A stretch of DNA of 64,000 nt from Nemertoderma westbladi (lineage: Eukaryota; Animalia; Xenacoelomorpha), in the NCBI GenBank assembly GCA_032718475.1, contig JAUCBJ010003267.1:33512-97511 (forward strand), read 5' to 3'. Numbering within the stretch: the stretch's first letter is position 1; every line of letters starts with the position of its first letter. Below the pieces are notes generated by a model. It searched no databases. It was not told the origin of the DNA and saw only the letters and a program-made list of their open reading frames with translations. The translations under genes were made by a program, and so were the position numbers. Of the stretch, positions 24,535 through 35,860 are shown piece after piece.

Positions 24535-25668
24535 GTTAGTACCACTCAGCTTATACTATATCATTGTAGGTCCATGTGAAGTAAACCAGACATTCTGCTA
24601 TTATATTTCACTTTGCAGTTTACCCCCATATCGTGTTTTTCACTTGTCTTGAAACCAGGTTTTCACCAAAGACCCTGGTTACAGGCGGGCCGAATCTAAC
24701 CAAAACAATAAATCATTTTTTTCTGTACAGATTATAAGGTAGAAATAAGCGCTATAAAACACGTAATAAAAATTCAAAAGGAGAAATTCAAAAATACAAA
24801 TTCACATGGGCGCATTCTAATTAATTTAAATTATATCGTGAGACTTGAAGCAAGAACAACACACATCAAAAAACCTCGCTATCTAATGTTCGATAATTTT
24901 ACTCCGTGTGTGATTTTGAATCACGGTTTTTCCTACTTGTACTTTTCGTGGAGTGGTTTGTTTATGCGTTGTTCTAGTTTTCCATATTTTCAACACAGAG
25001 CAGAATATGCCTCTAGGAGTTTAATATGATTAGTTGATTACATATATTTGAATTGTGTTGTTCTGGATAGATTTGGTCTAATATTTGGTCTGATATTATA
25101 TTTCCAATGAATGTGATTATGATAAGCTGATCAGATCTATCTCATCTCATCTAATTAATATACAGAAGCGACAAACTAACGTCTGCAAAGGCTATAGGTG
25201 GAGAGTGGATCTCTCGAATAAAACATAATTAATCATGAATTTATTGATATTGTTTTGGTTAGGAAGCTTTAACCAGCTCATCTTCAATTGGCTTTTGGTC
25301 TTTACAATCGCCCCTTCCTCACAGCTATATAAGCCTATTATTACCAAACTACAGTGTTACATAATTAAGCTAAAAAACACGCCCACACCAACCGAACCCC
25401 CTCCCTCCCCCAATGCATTTCAGCACGATGCCTTGGCCGTAAGTATAGTACGCCTTGGGCCGTATCCAAATCTGCTTTGAGATTTACTTTCCTTTGGCGG
25501 TCTTGCTGTAAAAGATAACGAACGACTGGTATATATTTTTTTGAAATTTGACTAAAAGCTATTTTAGCTTTAGTTACTCCAATTGACTTCTTTGATAATA
25601 ATGGGCCTGAGGCCAAAGATATTAATGTACATTACTTGGCGTTATTTTGCTCCAACATATGAGGATTG

Positions 25669-25975
25669 TGGGGTGAGCGACAAAGTAAGCGACAATAGAA
25701 TGTGGGTACCGCTGCTTCATCCGTTGTCTGTCGGTCGGTCTGTCTGTCTGTTTGACGATCGGTAAATGTTTCTAGGTTAACAACTCAGTCAATATGTGAT
25801 GAAATTAAACATATCTTATATATTACACAATTAGTCTGTCGAATGTTTGAAAATATAATTTGCGTGGTGGGAACTCGGCAGTTCCCCAGTCTCCGCTAGA
25901 GAGCGCCAATGCACATGTTGGAGTAGTGGTACCCGTAAGATAAGCTTGCTTAATGTGTCGTCGTGCGCGAAGGCC
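25669..25975 (-). mobile_element. Non-autonomous HINE/DINE-1-like element (short copy)
   Basis: On the minus strand it starts GGCCTTCGCGCA, has an (ACAG/ACCG)n microsatellite and ends GCTCACCCCACAAT, the same termini as 27484-29744. Confidence 0.6.
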
Positions 25976-27483
25976 TACGGACGTATAATTCTTCGATACT
26001 AAATCCATTTATAACTCGTGCAGCACAGCACATCTTCATAGACTGTTGAGTTAATGACACAAAATTACCGCAAACACCAAATATGTGCGTGTTTGGTGGG
26101 TTTAGAATATTAATTTAACATAATTTATTTTACTTGCGGTAAATTTGCGCTGAAGATCACATCTTTCACTTGCGGTCAAGGTGCGCCACTATCTTAAATA
26201 AAGTATCATATTTACAAATCGTCGGGAAATATGCCATGAAATAACGGAAATTCAATGCTGGCTTACATGGTACTCTATGTAACGTTTAATGAAATATAGT
26301 ACCAGCCAATATTACGGTACCGTATTTCAGATTCACTCTCACGTAGATGTGCGATGCATTCTGTCACTCACCCGTGTTTCTGTCCTTTTAGAATATTTGT
26401 TTCAGCTTATTGACGCACCTATTCTTGGTACAGGGACAGGGCTACAGTTCGCTCGCCCCGGTAGATTTCCAGAGCCACGTAGATCGTATAGGTTATAAGG
26501 CAAATGTAAACTGAGACTGTTTCAAGTGTATCAGCTTACGTACCGACAGGCGGTAGCATACATAGGACATATAACACAACGGGTTCATTTATTAACTTAT
26601 GTCGTCGTTTGTCTACGTTTGCCCCAATGTTTTATGTCTCTAATGTCTAACCAACACCATTGCTATTAACACATTAATTGGTAATTTAGATAGCAACAGC
26701 TCAAAGGAAACTGAAACTGCATTCAATGTTAACCTTTATATAGCCCCCACCCACCCACCCCCGGGTATTAGTATCTGCATTGTAGTGACACATTGTGGCC
26801 TTCGCGCAGCATGATAGCCTATATAAAAAGTGTACTAATCTCCATTACACATACAAAAATCCAATGAGTTACGCGTTGAATTGGTTGTAAAATACAAAGG
26901 TCCATTTCAGTGTGCCCATCATGCAGAATTTAATTGTAATTAATAAGTTACTAACTAGGCAATCTCAAAAACGAATGCAGTAAAGCACTTTAAGTACTAA
27001 CTCTTTCCAGCATCAATTTCCCCATACGCTGCCATCATTCCATCAAAGGTTCTTGACTTTCATCGTTTTTTAATAATACCGCTGCCTGATACCCTAATAC
27101 CCTAGTCGGATGTTCATTTTGTGTACTGAGAAGCAGTTCTTTTAATGTTGAAAGTTAATTGTAAACTCGAACCCACAGGTCTGACACGACTTTGAAAGTC
27201 GCGATTCGGCTACTCGAAAAATTGGCGTTACAGACCCTTATGTTCCCGCACAAATTGTTTCCGGATATTCCCAGACCACATCCACATGTGATAAGAATGA
27301 CAAACACCTGGGAAACACAAAGTACAGTTCAAAAACTGACCGGAAACGCGTGGACGGGGATTTGTTTTTAGATTAAGCTACCTAGCTGTACAATTTTTAA
27401 CGCCCACTAGCTGATTGATTGATTGATTGATTTTCTTTTCCAAGTCAACATAAGTTCAATTTACATGATTGTACACGAAGTGG

Positions 27484-29744
27484 GGCCTTCGCGCAGCACG
27501 TGACTTAAATTTAATTTAAGTACTAATTCGAAAGTATTACTGTATTAGCAAATTTTAAGCAGATTTCGCCTAATCACTTTTTACCTCTTTCATTTCTATT
27601 CAGACATTTCTGACTCTAGCGGTATAGTGAGAACTGAAGATGGATTAGGGTCTCCAGCCCCACAAAGACACAGCCTATGGATGAATAGTACATACGTACA
27701 TCGGCCAAGTTTCATCTTGAATAACGGATAACGAAATGAGAGACGGATCTCACTTTCAGAAATTTCGTCGTATAGCGGCAGACCGATTAAATCTCCCCCC
27801 CCCCCCCCCCCCCCCCCACAAAGACGCAGCATGTGGTCCAGAATATATGGCAAGATTCAGCTTAAACTGATTAAAATCAATGAGATGGGAGAATCTATTC
27901 ACTTTCAGGCATAAAGTAGTCCTATAGCGGGTGACTGTTGAACTGATTTTCAACAAAACAAATTTTCAACTTGGCAGCTTTAAATTCGACAAAGTTATAA
28001 GCATGTCAATATCATAACGACGACAACGATTTCACTTTCAGACATTTGGCCCTCTAGCGGCAGACTGGAGAACTGCAGATGGATTCGCCTCCTTTGAAAG
28101 TCACAGCTAATGGTCTAATACATATCTGCCAAGTTTCAGCTTAAACGGATTAAAAGCAAAGAAATGGGAGGGCATTTAATGTTTAGACATGTGGCCCTCT
28201 AGCGGGAGACCATTGCACTGATGGTGTCTGAAAGTCTCTCAAAAATCTCAACTTTTGCTCATATTGATACCTACAAATTTTCAACTTGGCAGCTTTAAAT
28301 CCGACAAAGTTATTAGCATGTCAAAATCGTAACGACGACAACGATTTCACTTTCAGACCTTTGGCCCTCTAGCGGCAGACTGGAGAACTGCAGATGGATT
28401 CGCCTCCTTTGAAAGTCACAGCTAATGGTCTAATACATATCTGCCAAGTTTCAGCTTAAACGGATTAAAAGCAAAGAAATGGGAGGGCATTTAATGTTTA
28501 GACATGTGGCCCTCTAGCGGGAGACCATTGCACTGATGGTGTCTGAAAGTCTCTCAAAAATCTCAACTTTAGCTCATATTGATACCTACAAATTTTCAAC
28601 TTGGCAGCTTTAAATCCGACAAAGTTATTAGCATGTCAAAATCGTAACGACGACAACGATTTCACTTTCAGACCTTTGGCCCTCTAGCGGCAGACTGGAG
28701 AACTGCAGATGGATTCGCCTCCTTTGAAAGTCACAGCTAATGGTCTAATACATATCTGCCAAGTTTCAGCTTAAACGGATTAAAAGCAAAGAAATGGGAG
28801 GGCATTTAATGTTTAGACATGTGGCCCTCTAGCGGGAGACCATTGCACTGATGGTGTCTGAAAGTCTCTCAAAAATCTCAACTTTTGCTCATATTGATAC
28901 CTACAAATTTTCAACTTGGCAGCTTTAAATCCGACAAAGTTATTAGCATGTCAAAATCGTAACGACGACAACGATTTCACTTTCAGACCTTTGGCCCTCT
29001 AGCGGCAGACTGGAGAACTGCAGATGGATTCGCCTCCTTTGAAAGTCACAGCTAATGGTCTAATACATATCTGCCAAGTTTCAGCTTAAACGGATTAAAA
29101 GCAAAGAAATGGGAGGGCATTTAATGTTTAGACATGTGGCCCTCTAGCGGGAGACCATTGCACTGATGGTGTCTGAAAGTCTCTCAAAAATCTCAACTTT
29201 TGCTCATATTGATACCTACAAATTTTCAACTTGGCAGCTTTAAATCCGACAAAGTTATTAGCATGTCAAAATCGTAACGACGACAACGATTTCACTTTCA
29301 GACCTTTGGCCCTCTAGCGGCAGACTGGAGAACTGCAGATGGATTCGCCTCCTTTGAAAGTCACAGCTAATGGTCTAATACATATCTGCCAAGTTTCAGC
29401 TTAAACGGATTAAAAGCAAAGAAATGGGAGGGCATTTAATGTTTAGACATGTGGCCCTCTAGCGGGAGACCATTGCACTGATGGTGTCTGAAAGTCTCTC
29501 AAAAATCTCAACTTTTGCTCATATTGATACCTACAAATTTTCAACTTGGCAGCTTTAAATCCGACAAAGTTATTAGCATGTCAAAATCGTAACGACGACG
29601 ACAACGACGACGACGACGACGACGACAACGACGACGACGACGACAACGACGACGACGACGACGACGACAACTATTTGCATAAATTGACCCACCCCCTAAC
29701 AGAGTCAATTCGCTAAGGCTCCGCCAACTTCGTGGCTCGCCCCA
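27484..29744 (+). mobile_element. HINE/DINE-1-like element carrying an internal 315-bp tandem array and a (CGA)n microsatellite
   Basis: 5' GGCCTTCGCGCAGC; ~5.2 copies of a 315-bp unit at 27961-29600 (period 28591 to 29221 = 630); (CGA/CAA)n at 29592-29670; 3' palindrome ATTGAC..GTCAAT and end GCTCGCCCCACAAT. Confidence 0.7.
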
Positions 29745-30239
29745 CAATACGCAGATATTAAACGGTACCGGTATAATGAAAGTAAATTAAGGCAGTGCGT
29801 AAGTCACCAGACCGCTTGTTAGTTGCTGGTGAACAAAATACTTAAAAAATGATGAACGATAGAATATTTAAAATACTGTTAAATGTATTTAGTAAGCTAT
29901 TTACAAATTCAACGTTTAAATATTAAAATTGCTAATAAAAAAATTATTTTTGGTGGAATTAAATTAACTGTAAAGAAATATTATATAATAATTATTACCT
30001 AACTACGCTTTCAGAGCTCAAAAATTACAGCTGCACCAAGTTTGATCGTTACAATGGAGGGATAGCCTCATTCAGTAAACCGCGTTTCCATAAGGGTCCC
30101 GACTAATATTATCTGGTTTAATATATGGAGGTAGCAAGTAAACTTTTCGTCTGAATAAAAAATAAAATTATACGAAAAAAGATGTGTTACACTTGATTAA
30201 TGTAAAGTAATAAATATAAAATTGTTATTTTTGTTTATT

Positions 30240-30410
30240 AAATAAATGTATAAAAGGTAAATGTTTATTAAATTAAGTATAAAAAGTAAATGTTTATTAA
30301 ATTAAGTATAAAAAGTAAATGTTTATTAAATTAAAGTATAAAAAGTAAATAAAGTTTATAATATTTTCTATATTTTAGTTTTATTTTCTATATTTTAGTT
30401 TAGTTTATAT
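30240..30410. repeat. AT-rich short tandem repeats (AAAAGTAAATGTTTATTAAATTAAGTAT)n
   Basis: About 4 copies of a 28-bp unit followed by a TTTTCTATATTTTAG duplication. Confidence 0.75.
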
Positions 30411-30588
30411 TTTTTTTCTAATATTTTCCATTTTCTTGAAATGTCAGCGAATTCTAGTAAAAGAATGAACAAAAGGAAAAGTCAGGGAATTTGATATGTG
30501 ACAGGACGAGGACATGTGTGAAAATATAATGCTAAATTGTGTAAAATTTTATCTTCTCGCTTCGCTTACCTTCAGGTGTAAATGTTAA

Positions 30589-30984
30589 GCAGACACCTGG
30601 TGCAGACACTGGTGCAGACAGCTGGTGCAGACACTGGCGCCGACACTGGTGCAGTCTGCAGACTGTCTGCATTGCTGTCTGCGTAGTGCAGACACTACTG
30701 GTGCAGACACCTGGTGCCGGCAGTGGTGCGGACACCTGGTGCTGACACTAGTCTAGACACCTGGTGCAGACACTGGCTCCGATACTGGTGCAGACACATG
30801 GTGCAGACACTGGTGTAGACACCTGGTGCGCAGACATCTGGTGAAGGACCTGGTGCAGACACTGATGCAGACACTGGTGCAGACACTGGTGCGGACACTG
30901 GTGCAGACACCTGGTGCAGACAGTGTTGCAGACACCTGGTGCGGACACTGGTGAGGACAGGACACCTGGTGCAGACACTGGTGC
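30589..30984. repeat. 12-13 bp minisatellite (GCAGACAC[C]TGGT)n
   Basis: Directly visible tandem units; source of the spurious SAPV/CTS repeat ORFs. Confidence 0.9.
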
Positions 30985-31109
30985 GTTCGAAAGATGCATG
31001 GCTTTGCATCTCTGTGAAGCTATTTTATTATATTTAATAAATTCACCGTATTCTGGAACATTTTATTTATTCCAATCAACAATGCAATACCTCTTTAATC
31101 ATACTCTTA

Positions 31110-31713
31110 CGGTGGCTGAATCCTGCCAATTAATTCACGTATTTATTTTTTTTTCCGATATTTTTTGGATTTCAAATAAATATTTGTTATATGTCCAAAA
31201 ATTACTTACGAAATATTTTTTGGACGTCAAATAATTATTTTTTGTGCGTCCAATAATTATTTTTTGGACATCCAATAATTATTTTTTGACTTCCAAAAAA
31301 AGCAATCGTGCTACCGATTTAACTAAAAGTACATATATATCAAATCAGGTATCGTAACCGTGTTAGGAGTTTCTTCCAGGAACAACAAAACGCAACTGTA
31401 GGTAGGTTGGTACAAATACAGTATACAAAGCTTGTTAGGGTGCTGTCATCATAAATAGATTCGAAATTCCCACTCAATTTTATTATGGTCGGGAGGTCTA
31501 CTTCCTATTGCCTGTTCATTAATATGTTTGTGTAAAATTATTTACTAATATTTTTTAGATGTCCAAAAATTAATTTCGTCCAAAAAATAATTATTGGACA
31601 TCCAAAAAATATTTGGAAATAATTTTTGGATGTCCAAAAAATAACTATTGGACATCCGAAAATATCGAAAAAAAAATTTAATAACTTAATTAATTGGCGG
31701 GATTCAGCCACCG
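31110..31713. mobile_element. Tc1/mariner-type MITE with TA target duplication
   Basis: TA|CGGTGGCTGAATCCTGCCAATTAATT ... AATTAATTGGCGGGATTCAGCCACCG|TA; arms contain TTTTTGGACATCCAA subrepeats. Confidence 0.85.
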
Positions 31714-33063
31714 TACTGTGTACATTACAGCATAGTCGAGTCAATCTGGCAAAAAAAACCATAAGTATTTCGCAATCAACCCGAACCACATATTTTGGAT
31801 TCTATATTACCTTGTTAATGACCAAAAAAGTCTATGAAATTTTATTTTGCGGACCATATGTTTATTCATGCAAATTCTTAATAAAAATTATTTACATACT
31901 TGTACGTGTAAAGTAGCACTTTACAGTTTGATGATCCGAGTGGCTTTACGTTAGTAGTGAGTGAAAATATAGCCATGAGGATCAGACAAAACACTGTAAA
32001 GTACTTTGCAACACGTATGTATGTAGTTTTATTACAAAATTTTAACATTACTAAATGATTGTGTATAAATTATAAGTGAAATAAACTGCACAAATTAAAT
32101 TAGTTGGTGTATAATTAAATTTAAAATTGACATAAATTATGTTATAAATAAGTTAGCTTATATTTATGGTGGCGTTTGGAGCCATGTTAATAATATAGCT
32201 ACTGGTTAATAATAGCTATACCCCGCCTACCGGTAGGTAATGCAGTAGGCCTATCTGGCTGTCAGGCAAATTTCCACCTATTGTGGTAACCAATGACGGC
32301 GTTAAGTAATGTCCACTAAGGGGACATTACTTAACGGATAACACCAAATACAATACTAAATGTACAGGCCAATACAATACTGTAATGTCCTCTAAAGTTG
32401 TTAAGTGCTAAATAACAACTCGCTGTTAATACTAATGGCGTTGAGTAATGTTACAATTTTGGAATAAATTTGCACAATACAAGCCAAACAAAAAGAATAA
32501 TAGGGAAGAGTAAGTGGCAAATTGATGGTGTTCCAGAATATTTTAATTTATTTCACAATAAGCTGTGATTCAATGGGAAATTACCATGTCAGTTTGTAGG
32601 ATCTAAATTCGTTTTACCATGCATGGAAATATTATGTATGGTCTAACCATCAGATAGTAGGCCTACAGGTTTAACAATCTAAGTAAAGCATATAGTAGAG
32701 TTGGCGTACAGGCTGACAGGCGTAGGTAGGCCTACACCTGTACACCTTAAAAATAACTGTGATAGCTGAAAAGGTACTGGTACTTTTTAATGTGCTCTTT
32801 TCAGCATTTATTTGTACCCACTGGTAACTGCATAACTGTTACTGTACATGCAGTACTGCAGTAGCCTACTGCTGTACTGGCAGACTGTAATGTAAGCCTT
32901 GTCTGTTTGCTGCCTTGGCAGCTTGGTCTTGGGGATCATGTAATTTTATTACAGTATTCAGTATTACCGGCTGACCGGTACCTACCGGTAATGCTGTACT
33001 GCTGTCAGGCTGTAGTATGGCACTAGTATGGCTACACTCTGACACTGCTATATGCTTGATAGT

Positions 33064-33800
33064 AGGGTCCTACTAAAAACCGCAATTTACCGCAACTAAC
33101 CGCAACTAACCGCAATTTACCGCAACTAGTTGTCATTTTTAAGCAGCCTTATGGTCTAGTGGTGACAACCTTAGGCTTCCACGTAGGAGGCCCTGGTTCG
33201 ATCCCTTGACCAGGCAACACTGTTTTTGCAGTGTTTTAAAAACGACAAAATTTTCAATTAATGCTGTAATGTGATCAATATAAAACCAATAGGGCCTATA
33301 TGTTAACATTAGACCTGTAGACTGTTAGACAGTTCAGTTAGAGGGTCCTACGAATTAGGCCTAGGCCCTACCCCAAAATAGTCACAAAATACCGTACCAC
33401 AAAAAAGCTAAACTATTACCGGTACCCCAAAATAAGCCAACAATGTTTAGAAACGGCGAGGGAAAGGAGCAGGTTACAGTGGCAAGTTATTCTAACCAAA
33501 ACAATAAACGAGAGTGAAAAACAAGTATTTCGGGGTATTTTGGTTTGCAGTCAGGCAGTTTGGGGTCGGCTAATTCGTAGGACCGTTTTTAAAACACTAC
33601 ACGAACAGAAAATACACGGTCAAGGCAGCAAGGTGCAAGGGATCGAACAGGGGCCTCCTAATTTGAAGCCCAGGAATTTTGCCACTAGACCATGCAGCTG
33701 CTTGAAAATAACAACTAGTTGCGGTAAATGGCGGTTAGTTACGGTAAATTGCGGTAAGTTCAGTGAAGTTGCGGTAAATTGCGGTTTTTAGTAGGACCGT
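33064..33800. mobile_element. MITE with long inverted arms, each containing a tRNA-like head
   Basis: GGTCCTACTAAAAACCGCAATTTACCGCAACT at 33066 and its reverse complement ending at 33798; A/B-box modules at 33152-33205 (+) and 33639-33692 (-). Confidence 0.85.
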
Positions 33801-35860
33801 GATAGTCTGATAGTATGCCTGTATGCTGCTGCAGCTACCAGCTTGACAGCTTGAGAACATTTAGCTTGGCAGCTTGGTTCCATTGCATTTTTTATGCATA
33901 TTTTTCAGTATGTACCGGTTAGTGCCTTTATATTCAATTTTGGACTAGCGGTAGCTGAAAACTTTTCGTTGTAAATGTTGTATTTTTCTATCATTACAGC
34001 ATTAGGCCTACAAGTTACAACCAAATTTACTACATGTTCTACGGGTAGCAGGGTACCGGTAGTTTCGGTAGTGGAGAACTGAAACCAAAGACTGAAAGAT
34101 AAGTGACTTACAAGAAACATGTAGTTCTAGCCTTCAACCTTCTGACCCTGATTTTCGTAGCCACCAGGTTTTTAGCTCACCCAGTCACCGAGAAACACTT
34201 TCACATGTTCTCACTCCCAATACAGCAATATAGCTTTCATCGTCAGTACTGGTACCGTATGACAATACAGCACTAGGCACATTTATTTGAATGTAAGATA
34301 CCAATCAATCTTTGCTAAGTGCCGGTACAGCCAGACACCGGTAGCTGTTTGTGTATAGTTAGTCTCCTGTGTAAAAAAAAGATGATACCAGGATACTGAA
34401 AGTTCCACAATTTTATCTCTCTAAATGTTGACCGAGCCAATTTATAGTAATGTTTCCAATTGTTGGTTGTACTTGTAATTAGTGAAGTAGTGTTCAATCA
34501 TTCATCCATTTTTCCATTGCTTTTGTATTTGTTTATATTTTTTCATGTATGAAGGTGAGGTATGCGCATTTTGTTGACCCCACTGCCCACTCTAAAATCT
34601 AATGCTGTAATGAGCTTTTATAAAGGCTGTACCGGTACCGGTACCTTGAATTTTAGTTCTTAGTTCAGTAGTTTCTTTCTGTCAGTATGTCAGCGTAATA
34701 GCATCGATGAGACTTAGGCTATATAACGGATCTGATAGTTTGCTGAAATACCATACCATACTGCCATATGTGCTTGCAATCTCTTCAAATATCATAAAGC
34801 GATTGCTATCTCAGTACAGCAGTACCTATCTGTTGAAATTAAGTGGCACAATAAATATACTCCTTTTGAGATCCAATCTCGCCAAAATAGTGGTTTATTG
34901 TTAATTTATATTTTGGAATTGAGCCAGATCTGCAGATGTAATCATAATTTATTATTTTTGTTTCTTGTAGGTCTGTCTTTCTGATCACATGCATTATTAA
35001 GTTTGCACCAGATAGCAAGAACTTCTTCCCAGAATTCATTTTTACACAGGCTGACAGGCGCATACCTTTAACATCCTTCTCGTTTAAGGTGTAAGTTACA
35101 GTAATACATAAAAATTGTATTCTTACCCCCAAGGTATGATATTTTAAATTTCAATATTAATTTAAATTCCATAGGCCTATAAGCCTACAGACAGGTTAAG
35201 CGAACAGACGACCACAGATGTTAGAGCACAGATGACAGACAAACTCACGTTGGAGATTTGTATACCTAGGGCAGTGGGGCCTATAATAAAGTAAATATGG
35301 AATGGTGAACATCTGCTTTTCACTAGAAGGGACTAAATGACACAGGGCTGTAGGGAAAAATACACTGTGAGTTAGAATACACTAGGAACATTTAACCGGG
35401 GATCTGGGAATGGATTTGCACAGAGTGAAAATTGATAAATGCAGGGGTGAGTTTTCACTTGAGGGGGTTAAAATATATTACGGTAGGGAGTGTGGAGTGA
35501 TTTTGCATGGGGAGTAAAAATTATCTGTTAAACCGCTACAAATTTTAATATATATTTTGATTGGTATAATAAAAAAAATATGTAAAAGAATGTGCTCCTT
35601 AGTCCTGAATGCAGTAATGGCTGAATGGCCTGTTGTAAAACAGGTTCCCAAACCGGTTGTAGGCCTGATTTAATTTGAAATAAATATTTATTGGGGGTAA
35701 TTGTAGTGAATGAATGTTAACAACATCTGCGAGGCCAAATATCTTTAATCTTCCTCAATGACCCAATTATTTATCTTGAATTTTAATTATAATAAATCGC
35801 TACCGGTACCACTAATTGGATTGTATGCCGTAATATATATTATTATTATTATATATACTC

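Noticed and set aside
33143-33215. Possible tRNA-Gly(TCC) genes here and at 18391-18455
   Set aside because: A/B boxes are present but no convincing acceptor stem, and both sit inside transposon-like inverted repeats; treated as SINE-type heads.
34971-35133. Exon-like segment (ttgtag| ... |gt) upstream of CLEC16A
   Set aside because: No recognisable protein, and the DGKQ exons already join correctly without it; could be a UTR exon but this is unsupported.
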